Positions 28,879 through 39,888 of a DNA stretch of 64,000 bases are shown here, piece after piece. Where the stretch lies: the IMG/VR virus record IMGVR_UViG_3300030118_004979, positions 4,400 to 68,399 of that record; one strand, given 5' to 3'. The position numbers and the translations under genes were made by a program. Positions within the stretch are counted from its first letter, which is position 1. Each line of letters opens with the position of its first letter. The notes under the pieces were generated by a model. The model searched no databases, was not told the origin of the DNA, and saw only the letters and a program-made list of their open reading frames with translations. Source of the DNA: a virus.

Positions 28879-30542
28879 TATTTTTTCTTTTCAAATTGAT
28901 TAACTAATCCAAGATTATTTTGTGGTGAACCTGATAAATAATTATTCATAATTTGTCTCATAATAGAAGAGTTTCCAGACACACCAGATAAAACATTAGA
29001 TAAAGCTTGCGATGTAAATTGTGTGGCTGCTTGTTTATTAGCCAATTGCATTTGCATATCTTCTGTTCTTTCTTGCTCTGATCTTTGTTGATCATAATTT
29101 TCTTTAAACATCATTAAGTCTGCATAAGAGTCTTGATTTTGTCTTCTAAGTTCTGCGTCTTTTGCTGCTACCTCTAATAAAGCAGATGATCTTTTAGAAT
29201 CAAGAATACCACTTTGTGCTAAAAATTTAGCTCTATCTCCACCAGTGCCTCTAACAGCGTTATCTAATCCAATTCTATAAGCATTATCTATTTCTTTCTG
29301 TATTGCTCTTTCTTCTGCTGGATGAAAACCTTTTTTTGCCAGCTCTCTAGATTGTCTTAGGTGTTGATAAAATAGGGGTGATAACTCTGCTCTTTTTTGT
29401 GGAGTTATTTCTTTCATAGCATCAGTTAATCCTTTTTTACCAAGTATATATGATATTATGGTAGAAGGACCACCAATACTATCTAAAGTATTACTAGCCG
29501 CTTTTAGCACATCACCTAACTGGCCAGATAAATTCAAAGATGGTTTTTCTTGATTTTGCTCTTCAGTTGAATTTTCAGTAAGCTGCTGTGTCGTTTCATT
29601 TTCAGTATTTTGTGTTTGATTTAAATTTAAAGGCTGACTTAAATTTTCAAGCGGGCTTTCAACAGTTGGTGTTGCATCTATACTTTCAACACGAACTCCT
29701 GGTTTTGTTTTTTCTTGTGTAATAATTCTTTCTTGTCCGCTTGGATCTAAAACTATTACATCTTCTTTTTCTCCTTCTATTCTTGGTGTTTCTTCAGGCC
29801 CTTTATACTCGCCCTCTAATTGATATTGTCCATCTTTAAATATATATATTAAACCTTTGTCGTTTTCATAAAATTTACCTTCTTCAGCTTCACTATCTGG
29901 AACCATTAAAAATGGGCTATTAGTTGTTCCATCTCTTTTTTTTGGTTTTGGGTTAATTAAATTAAATTGTTTTCTAATTTGATTTCTTTGTTCATTATTT
30001 AAGGCTTGCCAATCTTGTAATTTATAACCAAATTTTTCTGCCTCTTCTTTTTCACTTTGTATACCTTCTTGAATTTGTTTTTCTAAATTACCTTTAGGTA
30101 AGTTTTTTAAATCGTCTTGTATATTTTTTGATTTATATAATCTATCTACTCTGTCTTGTACCTCTTCTTCTGATTGATCTTTTGGTTTTTCAAAAGTTTT
30201 CATAAAACCTCTAGTAGAATCTTGAACAGAATTATATGGTTGTTCCATATAAGTTTTAAACTCATTTTCTTCAAAAGCAAAATCTATTTGTCCTCTCCAA
30301 TTGGTTTCCCAGTCTGGAACTGCTTTTAGAAAAGCATCTTTTCTTGATTTTAAAGTATATTGAAATAATCCTATACCTGGATTTTCTACATCTCCCATTT
30401 GTACTGCATCAGAATAGTACATAGATTCTTTTGCTATATTAGCAAGTATACCAGCAGCTTTGATTTCAGTCATGCCTGGCTTAGTCATTAAATAATCAAA
30501 TATTTCTTTTTCTGATACTAAATTTTTTCCAGGTTTTGCCAT
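28878..30542 (-). CDS. virion cargo protein with N-terminal phage tail lysozyme domain
   Basis: AAGILANIAKES, GIGLFQYT..R and FEKP motifs of Phage_lysozyme2; helical C-terminal half. Confidence 0.75.
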   Translation of the reverse strand: MAKPGKNLVSEKEIFDYLMTKPGMTEIKAAGILANIAKESMYYSDAVQMGDVENPGIGLFQYTLKSRKDAFLKAVPDWETNWRGQIDFAFEENEFKTYMEQPYNSVQDSTRGFMKTFEKPKDQSEEEVQDRVDRLYKSKNIQDDLKNLPKGNLEKQIQEGIQSEKEEAEKFGYKLQDWQALNNEQRNQIRKQFNLINPKPKKRDGTTNSPFLMVPDSEAEEGKFYENDKGLIYIFKDGQYQLEGEYKGPEETPRIEGEKEDVIVLDPSGQERIITQEKTKPGVRVESIDATPTVESPLENLSQPLNLNQTQNTENETTQQLTENSTEEQNQEKPSLNLSGQLGDVLKAASNTLDSIGGPSTIISYILGKKGLTDAMKEITPQKRAELSPLFYQHLRQSRELAKKGFHPAEERAIQKEIDNAYRIGLDNAVRGTGGDRAKFLAQSGILDSKRSSALLEVAAKDAELRRQNQDSYADLMMFKENYDQQRSEQERTEDMQMQLANKQAATQFTSQALSNVLSGVSGNSSIMRQIMNNYLSGSPQNNLGLVNQFEKKK

Positions 30543-32134
30543 TATGCCATATTATTTTTTTTCCACTTATTTATATTTTTCTTTGCAACCATAGCTATTT
30601 CTTTATCATCCATATTAGGTTTAAATTGATCTGTTGCATGATCATAAATACCTGCTCCTTTTTTTACTTTAAATGGTAATACTCCTTTTTTAGAATATAT
30701 AGTTCCTGTATTGTCTACAGGCATCGGATTAGACTTATGCGTTTCTTTACCAGGTGTAATCATTTTACCACCCATAGCCTTTCTTATTGGTGCTGCAGCT
30801 CTTTTAAAATCACCTGAAGCTAAACCAGCTTCTACTTCATTTTGATCATTTACAACTAATTCATTACCTGTAAATTCTGCAACAATATTTTTAAGTTGTC
30901 CACCTTTTTGAAAAACTTCTACGTTTTCTCTAATTAATGGACTATCTAAATCCCATCTATAATCTTCTGTACCCACTGAATCATAACCTTTACTTTGTTT
31001 GAAAAATGGATCTAATAATGGTCCAGTTTTTATTCTACCTGTTTCTTTAACTCTATTAGAAACGTCTTTTGAATTAAAAGTTGGTAAAACTGGTTGTATT
31101 GACTCTGCTTTTATACTTCCAGGTTTTGTTACTTGAATACCACTACCCTCTTCAGATACACTTCTGCCTAAAAGATCTATTGTTCCTTTTTGACCTGTTT
31201 GAAGATTCAGTGAGCCGTCTGGATTTATTGTATATACTTTATTACCTTTCTCATCTACCACGCCTCTATCTTGGTAATAGTCATCATCATATTTTGTTAC
31301 AAAAGAAGTAAATGTATCAAGAATGTTTCCAGCTTGTGAGGGTATTGATACAATAGCCCTGCCTAACCCTCTAAAGAATTCTAAAACTCCACCGTTACCA
31401 TAACTTTTAGGATCATAAGGATTTTTCATTCTACCTCCATCTTTCATTATACCTATATTGCCACCATATTGATTTTGATATTTAGAAGATTCTTCTGCCC
31501 AAGCATAAGCTTCTTTCATACTTTCATTCTTACTTCTTAAATCTAATATAGCTTCACTAATATTTTGTTGTCTTTCATCTAAAGCTTTTTCGTACTTTTT
31601 AATTTGTTTTTTTCTTTTTTTATCAGCTTTATCTTCTTCAAATAAACCCAAACCTAAACCCAATACAGCTCCAACTATCGCACCAGGTCCTCCTGCTACT
31701 TTTGCACCTAATGATGCTCCTGAAGCTATAGATCCAGCAAATTCTAAATCTGAATATTCATATGGATTTTGATCTCTTGTTCCAGAGTATAATGCTAATG
31801 GTAAAGCTAAATCAAAACCTTCAGTAGTGCCTTCTGTTCCTAAAAACTTACCTAACTTACTATGAGTTTCTTCACCAATTTTTAAACTTTTACCTATTGT
31901 TGATCCTACTTGTGCCTGACCAACACCTAATAAAAATTTATCTACATCACTTAAATTAGAGCCTAATCTTTCTGTTTCTTCAACAATATTTATAGGTTCT
32001 GGATTTTCAGATAAAATTCCGCTTATGTTAGTTCCATATGCTTCACTTGAATATGGATTTACAGACTCAAAGTTTCCGTAGTTATAAAAACTACCATATT
32101 GCTGCATTGCTCTTAAGACGTCTGAATATGCCAT
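30542..32134 (-). CDS. virion cargo protein with glycine-zipper TM segment
   Basis: GASLGAKVAGGPGAIVGAVLGLGLG; several xxxGG motifs; directly downstream of the muzzle gene as in crAss-like phages. Confidence 0.65.
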   Translation of the reverse strand: MAYSDVLRAMQQYGSFYNYGNFESVNPYSSEAYGTNISGILSENPEPINIVEETERLGSNLSDVDKFLLGVGQAQVGSTIGKSLKIGEETHSKLGKFLGTEGTTEGFDLALPLALYSGTRDQNPYEYSDLEFAGSIASGASLGAKVAGGPGAIVGAVLGLGLGLFEEDKADKKRKKQIKKYEKALDERQQNISEAILDLRSKNESMKEAYAWAEESSKYQNQYGGNIGIMKDGGRMKNPYDPKSYGNGGVLEFFRGLGRAIVSIPSQAGNILDTFTSFVTKYDDDYYQDRGVVDEKGNKVYTINPDGSLNLQTGQKGTIDLLGRSVSEEGSGIQVTKPGSIKAESIQPVLPTFNSKDVSNRVKETGRIKTGPLLDPFFKQSKGYDSVGTEDYRWDLDSPLIRENVEVFQKGGQLKNIVAEFTGNELVVNDQNEVEAGLASGDFKRAAAPIRKAMGGKMITPGKETHKSNPMPVDNTGTIYSKKGVLPFKVKKGAGIYDHATDQFKPNMDDKEIAMVAKKNINKWKKNNMA

Positions 32135-35100
32135 TAGTTATAAGATTTACGGTATTTAGCCATTATTGCAAAGATATTAAATTTAATTGGACTGTTTGAT
32201 ATGAACTCTATTTTCAAATATTGACCTCTAGTTCTACTTCCAGATAAATTACCCCTTAAAGGAAATCTTAGTTGTCCTTCTCTATATCTACGATCAGGTA
32301 TAGACGAAGCAACATAGTTAGGTAAATTTTCTGATTTAAATTTTATAGCAGGATTATATCCTAATGGTTCTGTCATTGCTATAATTGCTGTATCAAATAC
32401 TTTAACACTTTCTGGATTTTCAGATATTGTTTTTTCTAATACAGCAGCTGACTGTCTACCAAAAAACCTTGATTTAAAACCAAAACTATCCCATTTCCAT
32501 AATTTTAGTGGTTCAGCTAGTAAGTTTTTATATACTTTCGTTTTAGCATTTTCATCTACTAATAATTTTACATCATGCTCTGTCTGTGTTGTAAAAATAC
32601 CAGGATCTCCATTAATCCATAAAAATGGATAAGCAGTATAATATGAAGTAAAAGCATTTAAACCTTCACTATAAACCACATTCATACCAACATAATTTGC
32701 TTCTTCATAATTACCATTGCTATCATATTCAAGTTTATTATTATGAAAGCAAATCATTAACTCTTTATGTTTATGATCAAATATAGAGTTTATACCCAAC
32801 CCTTTTAAAGGATTATCAGATGCATAGTTTCTAGTGTTTCCTGTTTGATATGCAGCTTGGTTATTATATCCTTTTACAAAAGAATCTAAATCACCTTCTT
32901 CTTTTATAATATTAGTAAGGTCTGATCTTATACCTAAAGAATCTCCTAATGAAATTAATTTTTCTGTATCATATTTAAATATTCTAGCAAATCTTGAATC
33001 TACAAAATATAAAGCCTGTTCGCTTGTTGTAACACTATGTGTGTGTCGTGATCCAAATTTTGTAGATATATAAATATGATTTTCTACAGTATCTCCTGTA
33101 CCCGTAAATAAACTTTGACCTGTGTCATCGCTAATTACAGATAATGGATTTACAAGTAGTTTAGCAAAGCCTTCATCTTGTAAAACATATATATCATTTT
33201 TAAAGTTTATAATTCTATTAATTTCTCCAAACTGCCCTTCCATATCATGAAACTGATTTATTGGAAATATTCTAAATGCATCACCTATTTCACCTAATAC
33301 TTTAGTGTTAGAGTATGCTATTTCATAAGGTAAGTCTTGCGCAGTTTGAACAATTCTTTCATTAATAACTAAACCTGATTTAATATTATTTTCTTGTGAA
33401 TAAACTTCATTGTAGTCCCAATCATTTGATGGTGGCGCTTCTTGATCACCTAGTATAGTATCACCCGCATTTAAACTTAAATTACCACGCATATCAGTGT
33501 TAGTAAATGACTCTACAGGAAACACTTGCCATCTTGCATATGAATTTGGCATATATGAAGTTCTTGTTTTTTGATGTGAATACAAATTTACAAATGTATC
33601 ACCACCAAATACTTTAGAATTATGAAATTGATGTGTTATATTATCATCAACCAATTCACTTGGTCTAACTGGATGAAAATTACCACATGGAATATATCTT
33701 GTTGCTTCTATACCTTGAATAGAAGATCCACCACAAGGTATGTTTTTTCTTACTATAGAACATAAATATTTAAAAGGAATATATGAATTAGAAGTTTCGG
33801 CGCTCCTGCTATTGCCCAAAAAATAATCATCTTTATTGGTATTAGTATTTGCAGTTTGTGCGATACCTGAATTATCTCTACTAAAAAAACCTTGATTTTG
33901 TAATATCATGGATACATTTCTTGGATGAAAATTATATCTACTACCATCTAATCCATCAGGATTTTTATCTACTGATAAAACTATAGTTCTTAACCCTTCT
34001 TGCATAGTTGATGCTGTATTATAATTTATGTCATCTTCTTTAGCTCCTTGTCCATTATCTACATATAAACCTTGAAATACAACTGAATATTGTCCATACC
34101 AAGGATAATCCTCTATAAATCCTAAAGTATTATTACTAAAACCTGACCATTCCCCTAAGTCAAACTCATCTACACCTTTAAATTGAGATCCAGGTATAAT
34201 AGCTCCTGTTGAAATTTCAACCGCTGAACCTATTGTGTTATATTGTCTATAGTCTACTTTTGGATTTGCTGTATCACCCAAATCCCAAGATGCGCTATAA
34301 TCATGACCAAAGGCATGACCTAAACCGCACTCCATACCAATACCCCAATATGTTTCGTAACTATAATATTTACCTATTAATAAACCATAGTTTTCATTTA
34401 AATCTATTTTTCTTTTGGAAGCAAATCTTAATGCATCAGTTTCAGTTCCATTAAAGTTATATGATACATATGACGTTGTAACACCACTAGGCTCAGTTCC
34501 ATTTCCATGATTAAAATAGTTAGTTGGAATAGTAAATTGAGAGGAAGTTCCATCATCGTTTGCTAAAGGCAATGTTTGATCTGCATATCTACTTTCATCG
34601 GATAGTTTTAGAACAGTGTCTATTCTTAATATATCACCTTCCCTAAAAGCATATGGTAAAGAACCAAAAGCACTATCAGGCGCATCTAATGTAAATAATT
34701 TTTCTGGTATTCTTGCATGTCTATTAAGTCTAGGATTACCTGATGAATCTTGTCCATATTGACATTTTTCATAACTACCAAAATATGCAGAATGCATAGA
34801 TTTTTGTCCTGGCGCTCCCATTCCTACATGACCAGTTTGTGAACGAACTGCTGGTGTCAAAGTTCTATAATTATGACTGTTTCTATTATGATTGAAAGAA
34901 GATAAACCTGATTCATATTCAGCTCTAACTCCTATTTCGCCATCACTAATACCACCTATGGTTAATTTTCCAGTAGTTCTATTTTTTATATATCTAGCAA
35001 AATGTGCATTTTCTGCTAATCCTATATAACCATTTAAATAGCTATCATACTCTATAAATGTTGGTGGTGTGTTTGGATCATTAACAAATGGAAAAGAAGG

Positions 35101-37926
35101 ATTATTATCACCTTTGAAATTTTCATTATCACTAACACTAAATTGTGATCCAGATGCATAACCAGATTCTAAAGCACCTACAAATGGACTAGCTGGCCAT
35201 CCATATTTCATAGTTTGATTTAATAAACCTTGTTGTAAAACTCTTCTTTCAGTTTCTAATCTTTCAGCTCTTACAACTCTAAACCCAGATATTTTTTTAC
35301 AAACTTCTTGTGGAATAATAAATTCAAAATTTACATACAAATCATATAAATAATGAAAGTCATTATGATTTTCAATATCAGAATCTTCTTCTGCATATCC
35401 TGGATAAAATTTAGCTCTTAAGGTTCCTTGTTGATTAGCTGGATTTTGATCATGAGGATAATTTCCAGTAGCTGTAACGGGTTCACCTACTTTTACGCCA
35501 TTAGAATATATATAAGCTTGTGTTTTTGGTGTTGTTGATCCAGTTGGACCTATACCACTAAACCAACATACATCCACTGGTGGAACTGAATGTCCATATA
35601 TATGTGTTAATCTATGATCTTTTATTCTTGGATGAGAAATTATTCCAGCGGCATCTCCACCATCAAAAAAACTATCTTGTGGGGTATATGATCCTGATAG
35701 CATATAAGATAAATTATAACTATGTTCTAAAGGATCAAAACCTCTACCTCTTAATGAATCAACATAATCTACATTAATCATTCTTAACACATCGTACATT
35801 TCAGGCATTTGTATATCTCCAATCCAAAGTACATTACCAGGACTACCATTTAAATCATATACCTGTACTCCAAATCTATAAAATTCCCCTCTTTGATATC
35901 CCCTTTGATTTCCAGATAAATGTGGATCTTTTGATCCCCCTAAATTCATAGATGCTTTAAATGTTGTTTGTGTTGCTTCAAAATTATTTAATCCACTTTC
36001 ACTATCTGTAGGATCAATTAAGGCTGATAATTTATTGTTAGAATCTCTTTGAATCAATACACCAAATTCATCAGTTTGATATCCATTAACATCATCTTCA
36101 TGCTGTATAGAATTAATATAAGGTTCTAAACCATCATTTGTAGTTATATCTGCTACTTTTTCTTTAACACCAAAACTTAATCTACATCCTCCTAATTCGT
36201 TTTCACCATAAGCATAGCTTTCTGCTCCTAATGTTAATCCATCTTGTAAAAACCTATATTCTTTTTCTGTTTTATAATTAGTTGCATCTGGCCTTTGTGT
36301 AAATAACGTTCCATATTGTGGTTCGGATTCATCACCAAAATTTTTACCATTTAAATAATCAACTATAGCCGTACCTGAAGCAGCATTTCCAGCATTGGTA
36401 TCAGATATTAATAATCTAGTATCAGATCCAAATTCTTTATAATAAGTTTTAACCAATGGATCTGTGCTGGTAATCATTCCTTTTGTAAGTTTTGCTCCAG
36501 CCGCATCAGTTACAGAATTAAAATCTTTAATCCTATATCTCAAAACTTTTACATTCCATTCTTCTTCACTTATAGTATTTTGTTTGGATCGTAAATTAGC
36601 AGCAAATAAAATATTATCTTTTATAGCAATATCTTTACATAAATCCCAAGTGTTAGTTTCTATTAAAACTTCTTCTAATCCATTTTCTATTTCTTTATCA
36701 AACTCTGAGTGTACAATAGTTACTCTATTGGCAGAATTATTTATATTTCTTCTATCTACTAATGCTACTCTAGGTGGAACATTAAAACTTTCATATAATA
36801 AAGCATATAGTTCTATAAATTGAAAATTAGGATCTACATCATCTATTGCTATTCTAAAGCCTTGACTACTAACTTCACCACTTGGTGATCCACCATATTC
36901 AGTTGAAGAGCCAAACCCCTCCTCTGATGTATGATACATATTACTCAATGGAGAAAAAGTTGTTTCACCACCATTTGCTGATATATATTTATAAGTATAT
37001 TGATAAACACCTGTAGGTAAAGTTCCATTCAATGTTTTGTCTAAAACTGGTTGTGATGGCTTCATCATTGGTGTTACATTTAATGTATTGGGTGGTAATT
37101 GATTTTTACCCTCTTGCCTAACATTTAAAGTTCTTAATGGATTTTTATTATCAGTCCAATAAAGCCTCGTTATTGTTTCGTTTTCAACTAGAGCCTCAAG
37201 TCTTATTGGAGAATCTATATCCATATTTAATTCAGGATATTTATCATTTAGAAAACTATAACAAACTAATAAATCTTCAACTCTTTCTATATTTTGTTCA
37301 CTGTTTAAAATTAATCTTAAAAATATAGTTCTTGTTGTGTCTTCTTGAAATCCTGCTATAACTATAACTAAATATATTTCATTACCAACTGATATACTTC
37401 CTACAATATTAGCTTGATTTGCAGCAGCTGAGTTCATGCCTACATTTCCAATATTAGTACCTACAGGTAAATTATCTCTATAAAAAGGAAATATTCCTTG
37501 ATTTCTATTATTTGTTGAAGGACCTGTGTTAGTGAGTGAGTATGGGCTACCTGATACTGGATTACGAGGGCTTGGATAAAATTCACCAACAACATTACCC
37601 AATTCATCAGTATTATTTGGATCTGAATATATTTCTGAAAATACAAAATCAGGTGACGCTGGACCTTGTGTGTCTATATCTGGTCTTGTGCCTAATATAC
37701 CTCCGTTTGTAGCATTATTATAAGATTGACTTTGTAATTTAAATAAATCTATGGCTAAAGAATTACCATCTATATTTTCTACAGTAAAAGTTTCTCCAGT
37801 TTTATTGGTTAGTCTTATATTTTGTCCTTTACTATAACTACCTTTTATTTGAAATCTTGGATCAGGATCTGTAACCAATCCATGAGTAAATCCCTCTACT
37901 CTACTTAATTGTTTTTTTTGAGCCAT
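32134..37926 (-). CDS. tail muzzle / stabilisation protein (crAss-like, P22 gp10-related)
   Basis: GQNIRL, LYWTDNKNPLRTLN, GVYQYTYKYISANGGET, YQRGEFYRFG, FGGDTFVN, YFVDS, RTRGQY motifs; 1930 aa. Confidence 0.8.
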   Translation of the reverse strand: MAQKKQLSRVEGFTHGLVTDPDPRFQIKGSYSKGQNIRLTNKTGETFTVENIDGNSLAIDLFKLQSQSYNNATNGGILGTRPDIDTQGPASPDFVFSEIYSDPNNTDELGNVVGEFYPSPRNPVSGSPYSLTNTGPSTNNRNQGIFPFYRDNLPVGTNIGNVGMNSAAANQANIVGSISVGNEIYLVIVIAGFQEDTTRTIFLRLILNSEQNIERVEDLLVCYSFLNDKYPELNMDIDSPIRLEALVENETITRLYWTDNKNPLRTLNVRQEGKNQLPPNTLNVTPMMKPSQPVLDKTLNGTLPTGVYQYTYKYISANGGETTFSPLSNMYHTSEEGFGSSTEYGGSPSGEVSSQGFRIAIDDVDPNFQFIELYALLYESFNVPPRVALVDRRNINNSANRVTIVHSEFDKEIENGLEEVLIETNTWDLCKDIAIKDNILFAANLRSKQNTISEEEWNVKVLRYRIKDFNSVTDAAGAKLTKGMITSTDPLVKTYYKEFGSDTRLLISDTNAGNAASGTAIVDYLNGKNFGDESEPQYGTLFTQRPDATNYKTEKEYRFLQDGLTLGAESYAYGENELGGCRLSFGVKEKVADITTNDGLEPYINSIQHEDDVNGYQTDEFGVLIQRDSNNKLSALIDPTDSESGLNNFEATQTTFKASMNLGGSKDPHLSGNQRGYQRGEFYRFGVQVYDLNGSPGNVLWIGDIQMPEMYDVLRMINVDYVDSLRGRGFDPLEHSYNLSYMLSGSYTPQDSFFDGGDAAGIISHPRIKDHRLTHIYGHSVPPVDVCWFSGIGPTGSTTPKTQAYIYSNGVKVGEPVTATGNYPHDQNPANQQGTLRAKFYPGYAEEDSDIENHNDFHYLYDLYVNFEFIIPQEVCKKISGFRVVRAERLETERRVLQQGLLNQTMKYGWPASPFVGALESGYASGSQFSVSDNENFKGDNNPSFPFVNDPNTPPTFIEYDSYLNGYIGLAENAHFARYIKNRTTGKLTIGGISDGEIGVRAEYESGLSSFNHNRNSHNYRTLTPAVRSQTGHVGMGAPGQKSMHSAYFGSYEKCQYGQDSSGNPRLNRHARIPEKLFTLDAPDSAFGSLPYAFREGDILRIDTVLKLSDESRYADQTLPLANDDGTSSQFTIPTNYFNHGNGTEPSGVTTSYVSYNFNGTETDALRFASKRKIDLNENYGLLIGKYYSYETYWGIGMECGLGHAFGHDYSASWDLGDTANPKVDYRQYNTIGSAVEISTGAIIPGSQFKGVDEFDLGEWSGFSNNTLGFIEDYPWYGQYSVVFQGLYVDNGQGAKEDDINYNTASTMQEGLRTIVLSVDKNPDGLDGSRYNFHPRNVSMILQNQGFFSRDNSGIAQTANTNTNKDDYFLGNSRSAETSNSYIPFKYLCSIVRKNIPCGGSSIQGIEATRYIPCGNFHPVRPSELVDDNITHQFHNSKVFGGDTFVNLYSHQKTRTSYMPNSYARWQVFPVESFTNTDMRGNLSLNAGDTILGDQEAPPSNDWDYNEVYSQENNIKSGLVINERIVQTAQDLPYEIAYSNTKVLGEIGDAFRIFPINQFHDMEGQFGEINRIINFKNDIYVLQDEGFAKLLVNPLSVISDDTGQSLFTGTGDTVENHIYISTKFGSRHTHSVTTSEQALYFVDSRFARIFKYDTEKLISLGDSLGIRSDLTNIIKEEGDLDSFVKGYNNQAAYQTGNTRNYASDNPLKGLGINSIFDHKHKELMICFHNNKLEYDSNGNYEEANYVGMNVVYSEGLNAFTSYYTAYPFLWINGDPGIFTTQTEHDVKLLVDENAKTKVYKNLLAEPLKLWKWDSFGFKSRFFGRQSAAVLEKTISENPESVKVFDTAIIAMTEPLGYNPAIKFKSENLPNYVASSIPDRRYREGQLRFPLRGNLSGSRTRGQYLKIEFISNSPIKFNIFAIMAKYRKSYN

Positions 37927-37927
37927 A

Positions 37928-39040
37928 CTAGAAATCTATTAAACCTCTATTATTTGTTAATGGTACTAAAGTATTCCACATATTTCCTATTTGTCTTATC
38001 TGTGGTGATGAAGGCATATTATCATCGCCTCTAGCTTTTGCACATAATTGATACCATCTTCGTTCTAAATCTTTTATAATATATTGTGGTACTTTTGCAT
38101 TGTAATAATCTATTAATTTATGTTGCCACATTACATAGTGAGCCACTGCCGTTGTGTGTGACTTCTTAAACATAGGCCACCCTCTTAAATCAGTTGGATA
38201 CTCTAAATAGGATATTACTATATCATCTAAATTATCATGTCCTATATTTAAACGATTGCCTTCTATATAGTATCTAAAGGCTCTTTGTATTGTATCATTT
38301 GCATCTTTACCTAATCTTCCTGTATGTATAGAAGAGGTTTCTCTAAGTTCTTTGTGTTGATGTGTTTTATCTGTTGATCCAACACGCACAGCTAAAAGTT
38401 TAATTAAATTTTCTGGTAATTTAATTTGTTGATTTGCATATACACCTTTACCTCCAGATAAATAATTAGAGTCTACAGTAATATTACTAGACTTAACACC
38501 CACTTCAAATTTATTTCCTTTTATTCCTATTTCTTTTGCTGTAACTGTTAGTGTCTTAGCTGTAGTATCAACAGCATACGTTGCTCGCTGTATTGCTTCA
38601 GGATAAACAAAGGCTGGTGTATTTGGTAGTACTGAAGCCACACCCCCACCTGCACCAAGAAAATTTCCAGTCAATTTTTCTAAAAGACCTGGCTCAGATG
38701 CATCATTATTATTTAATGTTTCAGTTAAAGTTGTACCTATTGTTAATTCATTTGGTGATTTTGCTCCACCTAAATCTGTGGGATTTCTAAAATATAGTCT
38801 TGCACCATTTAAATCTATATAATCTCCTGATTCAGGCTGACCAGTAAATGTAAAAGTGGCTGATGCTTTTGCTCCTGTTTTAGTATATGATGCTTCAGCT
38901 ATCTGATATGTTTCATTACTGCCTATAAATTTTTCAGCTTCAAAAGCCCATTCCAACCAAGCGTCTTCAAAATGCCTATAGTCTGGCAGCCCTAAATTTC
39001 TAGCAACTGCTGTAAATAATGTTAATGCGTCTATATACAT
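37928..39040 (-). CDS. tail ring (tubular) protein with inserted beta-domain
   Basis: WLEWAFEAEKFIG N-terminus and ISYLEYPTDLRGWP..W..LCAKARG C-terminus flank an insertion; immediately upstream of muzzle. Confidence 0.7.
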   Translation of the reverse strand: MYIDALTLFTAVARNLGLPDYRHFEDAWLEWAFEAEKFIGSNETYQIAEASYTKTGAKASATFTFTGQPESGDYIDLNGARLYFRNPTDLGGAKSPNELTIGTTLTETLNNNDASEPGLLEKLTGNFLGAGGGVASVLPNTPAFVYPEAIQRATYAVDTTAKTLTVTAKEIGIKGNKFEVGVKSSNITVDSNYLSGGKGVYANQQIKLPENLIKLLAVRVGSTDKTHQHKELRETSSIHTGRLGKDANDTIQRAFRYYIEGNRLNIGHDNLDDIVISYLEYPTDLRGWPMFKKSHTTAVAHYVMWQHKLIDYYNAKVPQYIIKDLERRWYQLCAKARGDDNMPSSPQIRQIGNMWNTLVPLTNNRGLIDF

Positions 39041-39041
39041 A

Positions 39042-39503
39042 TTATACTGATGCTATAAATAATTCTAGTTGTTGATTAGCACTTCCTTTTACCTTTAATG
39101 CTGTTGCATTATCTAGGGTTGTGCCACCATTACCTCCTTCACATTTTGTACCTGTAAATATAATACTGCTATCTGCAGCAACTTCTACATAAGCCGCATC
39201 ATCACTCTCATCATCTAATCCAACTTGTAGTGTATCTGAGGAGTCTAAATTAGTTACTCTAATATATCTAATATCAGCTCTAACAAAAGCACCATCTGCC
39301 GTAGTAGTTCCTAATGTTGCTATTTCTGTTAAATTAGTGTTTGCTAATTTAATTATTCTTTTATTTACATTTGCTATACTGCCATATGTATGTGTATATG
39401 TTTGTGCAAAGTCAATATCGTTTGTTGATCCATTTGCATGATCTACAGCTAATGCTTCTGTTATTGTTACTGTTAAACTTTGTGCTGTTAATTCTGTACC
39501 CAT
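39042..39503 (-). CDS. small beta-sandwich virion protein
   Basis: YIRVTNLDSSD motif similar to 5567-6392 pair. Confidence 0.55.
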   Translation of the reverse strand: MGTELTAQSLTVTITEALAVDHANGSTNDIDFAQTYTHTYGSIANVNKRIIKLANTNLTEIATLGTTTADGAFVRADIRYIRVTNLDSSDTLQVGLDDESDDAAYVEVAADSSIIFTGTKCEGGNGGTTLDNATALKVKGSANQQLELFIASV

Positions 39504-39504
39504 A

Positions 39505-39888
39505 TTATAAATTTATTATTTTTTTGGAAAATCCAAGAGGTAAAACTTTACAATTTCTAAATTTTGTAGGTCTCACCCATATTATTTTTTTATAAAAGTC
39601 AGTTAATATTGGAACTTGATATGTTACAATATTTCCTGTTTCTTTTGTTTTTTTATAGTCCACTCTTGTATGAAAAGCTCTTTTATGTTCTTTTTCTGCT
39701 AAATACATAAACCCCATACTATTAGGTAAATAAACTTTTCTGTCTCTAGCCACCATATCTCTAATCAATATCATACAAAATTTTTTAATAATGTTATAAT
39801 ATATTGTATATGGTATATTTAAATTTTTCTTTATACTATTATATATATCTCTAATAGATGTATATTTATCTTTATATTTAAGCCCCAC
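39505..39888 (-). CDS. IHF/HU-like protein of the crAss tail module (probable GTG start 39888)
   Basis: Basic; VYLPNSMGFM..VDYKKTKE..IIW pattern and position among ring genes. Confidence 0.6.
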   Translation of the reverse strand: MGLKYKDKYTSIRDIYNSIKKNLNIPYTIYYNIIKKFCMILIRDMVARDRKVYLPNSMGFMYLAEKEHKRAFHTRVDYKKTKETGNIVTYQVPILTDFYKKIIWVRPTKFRNCKVLPLGFSKKIINL

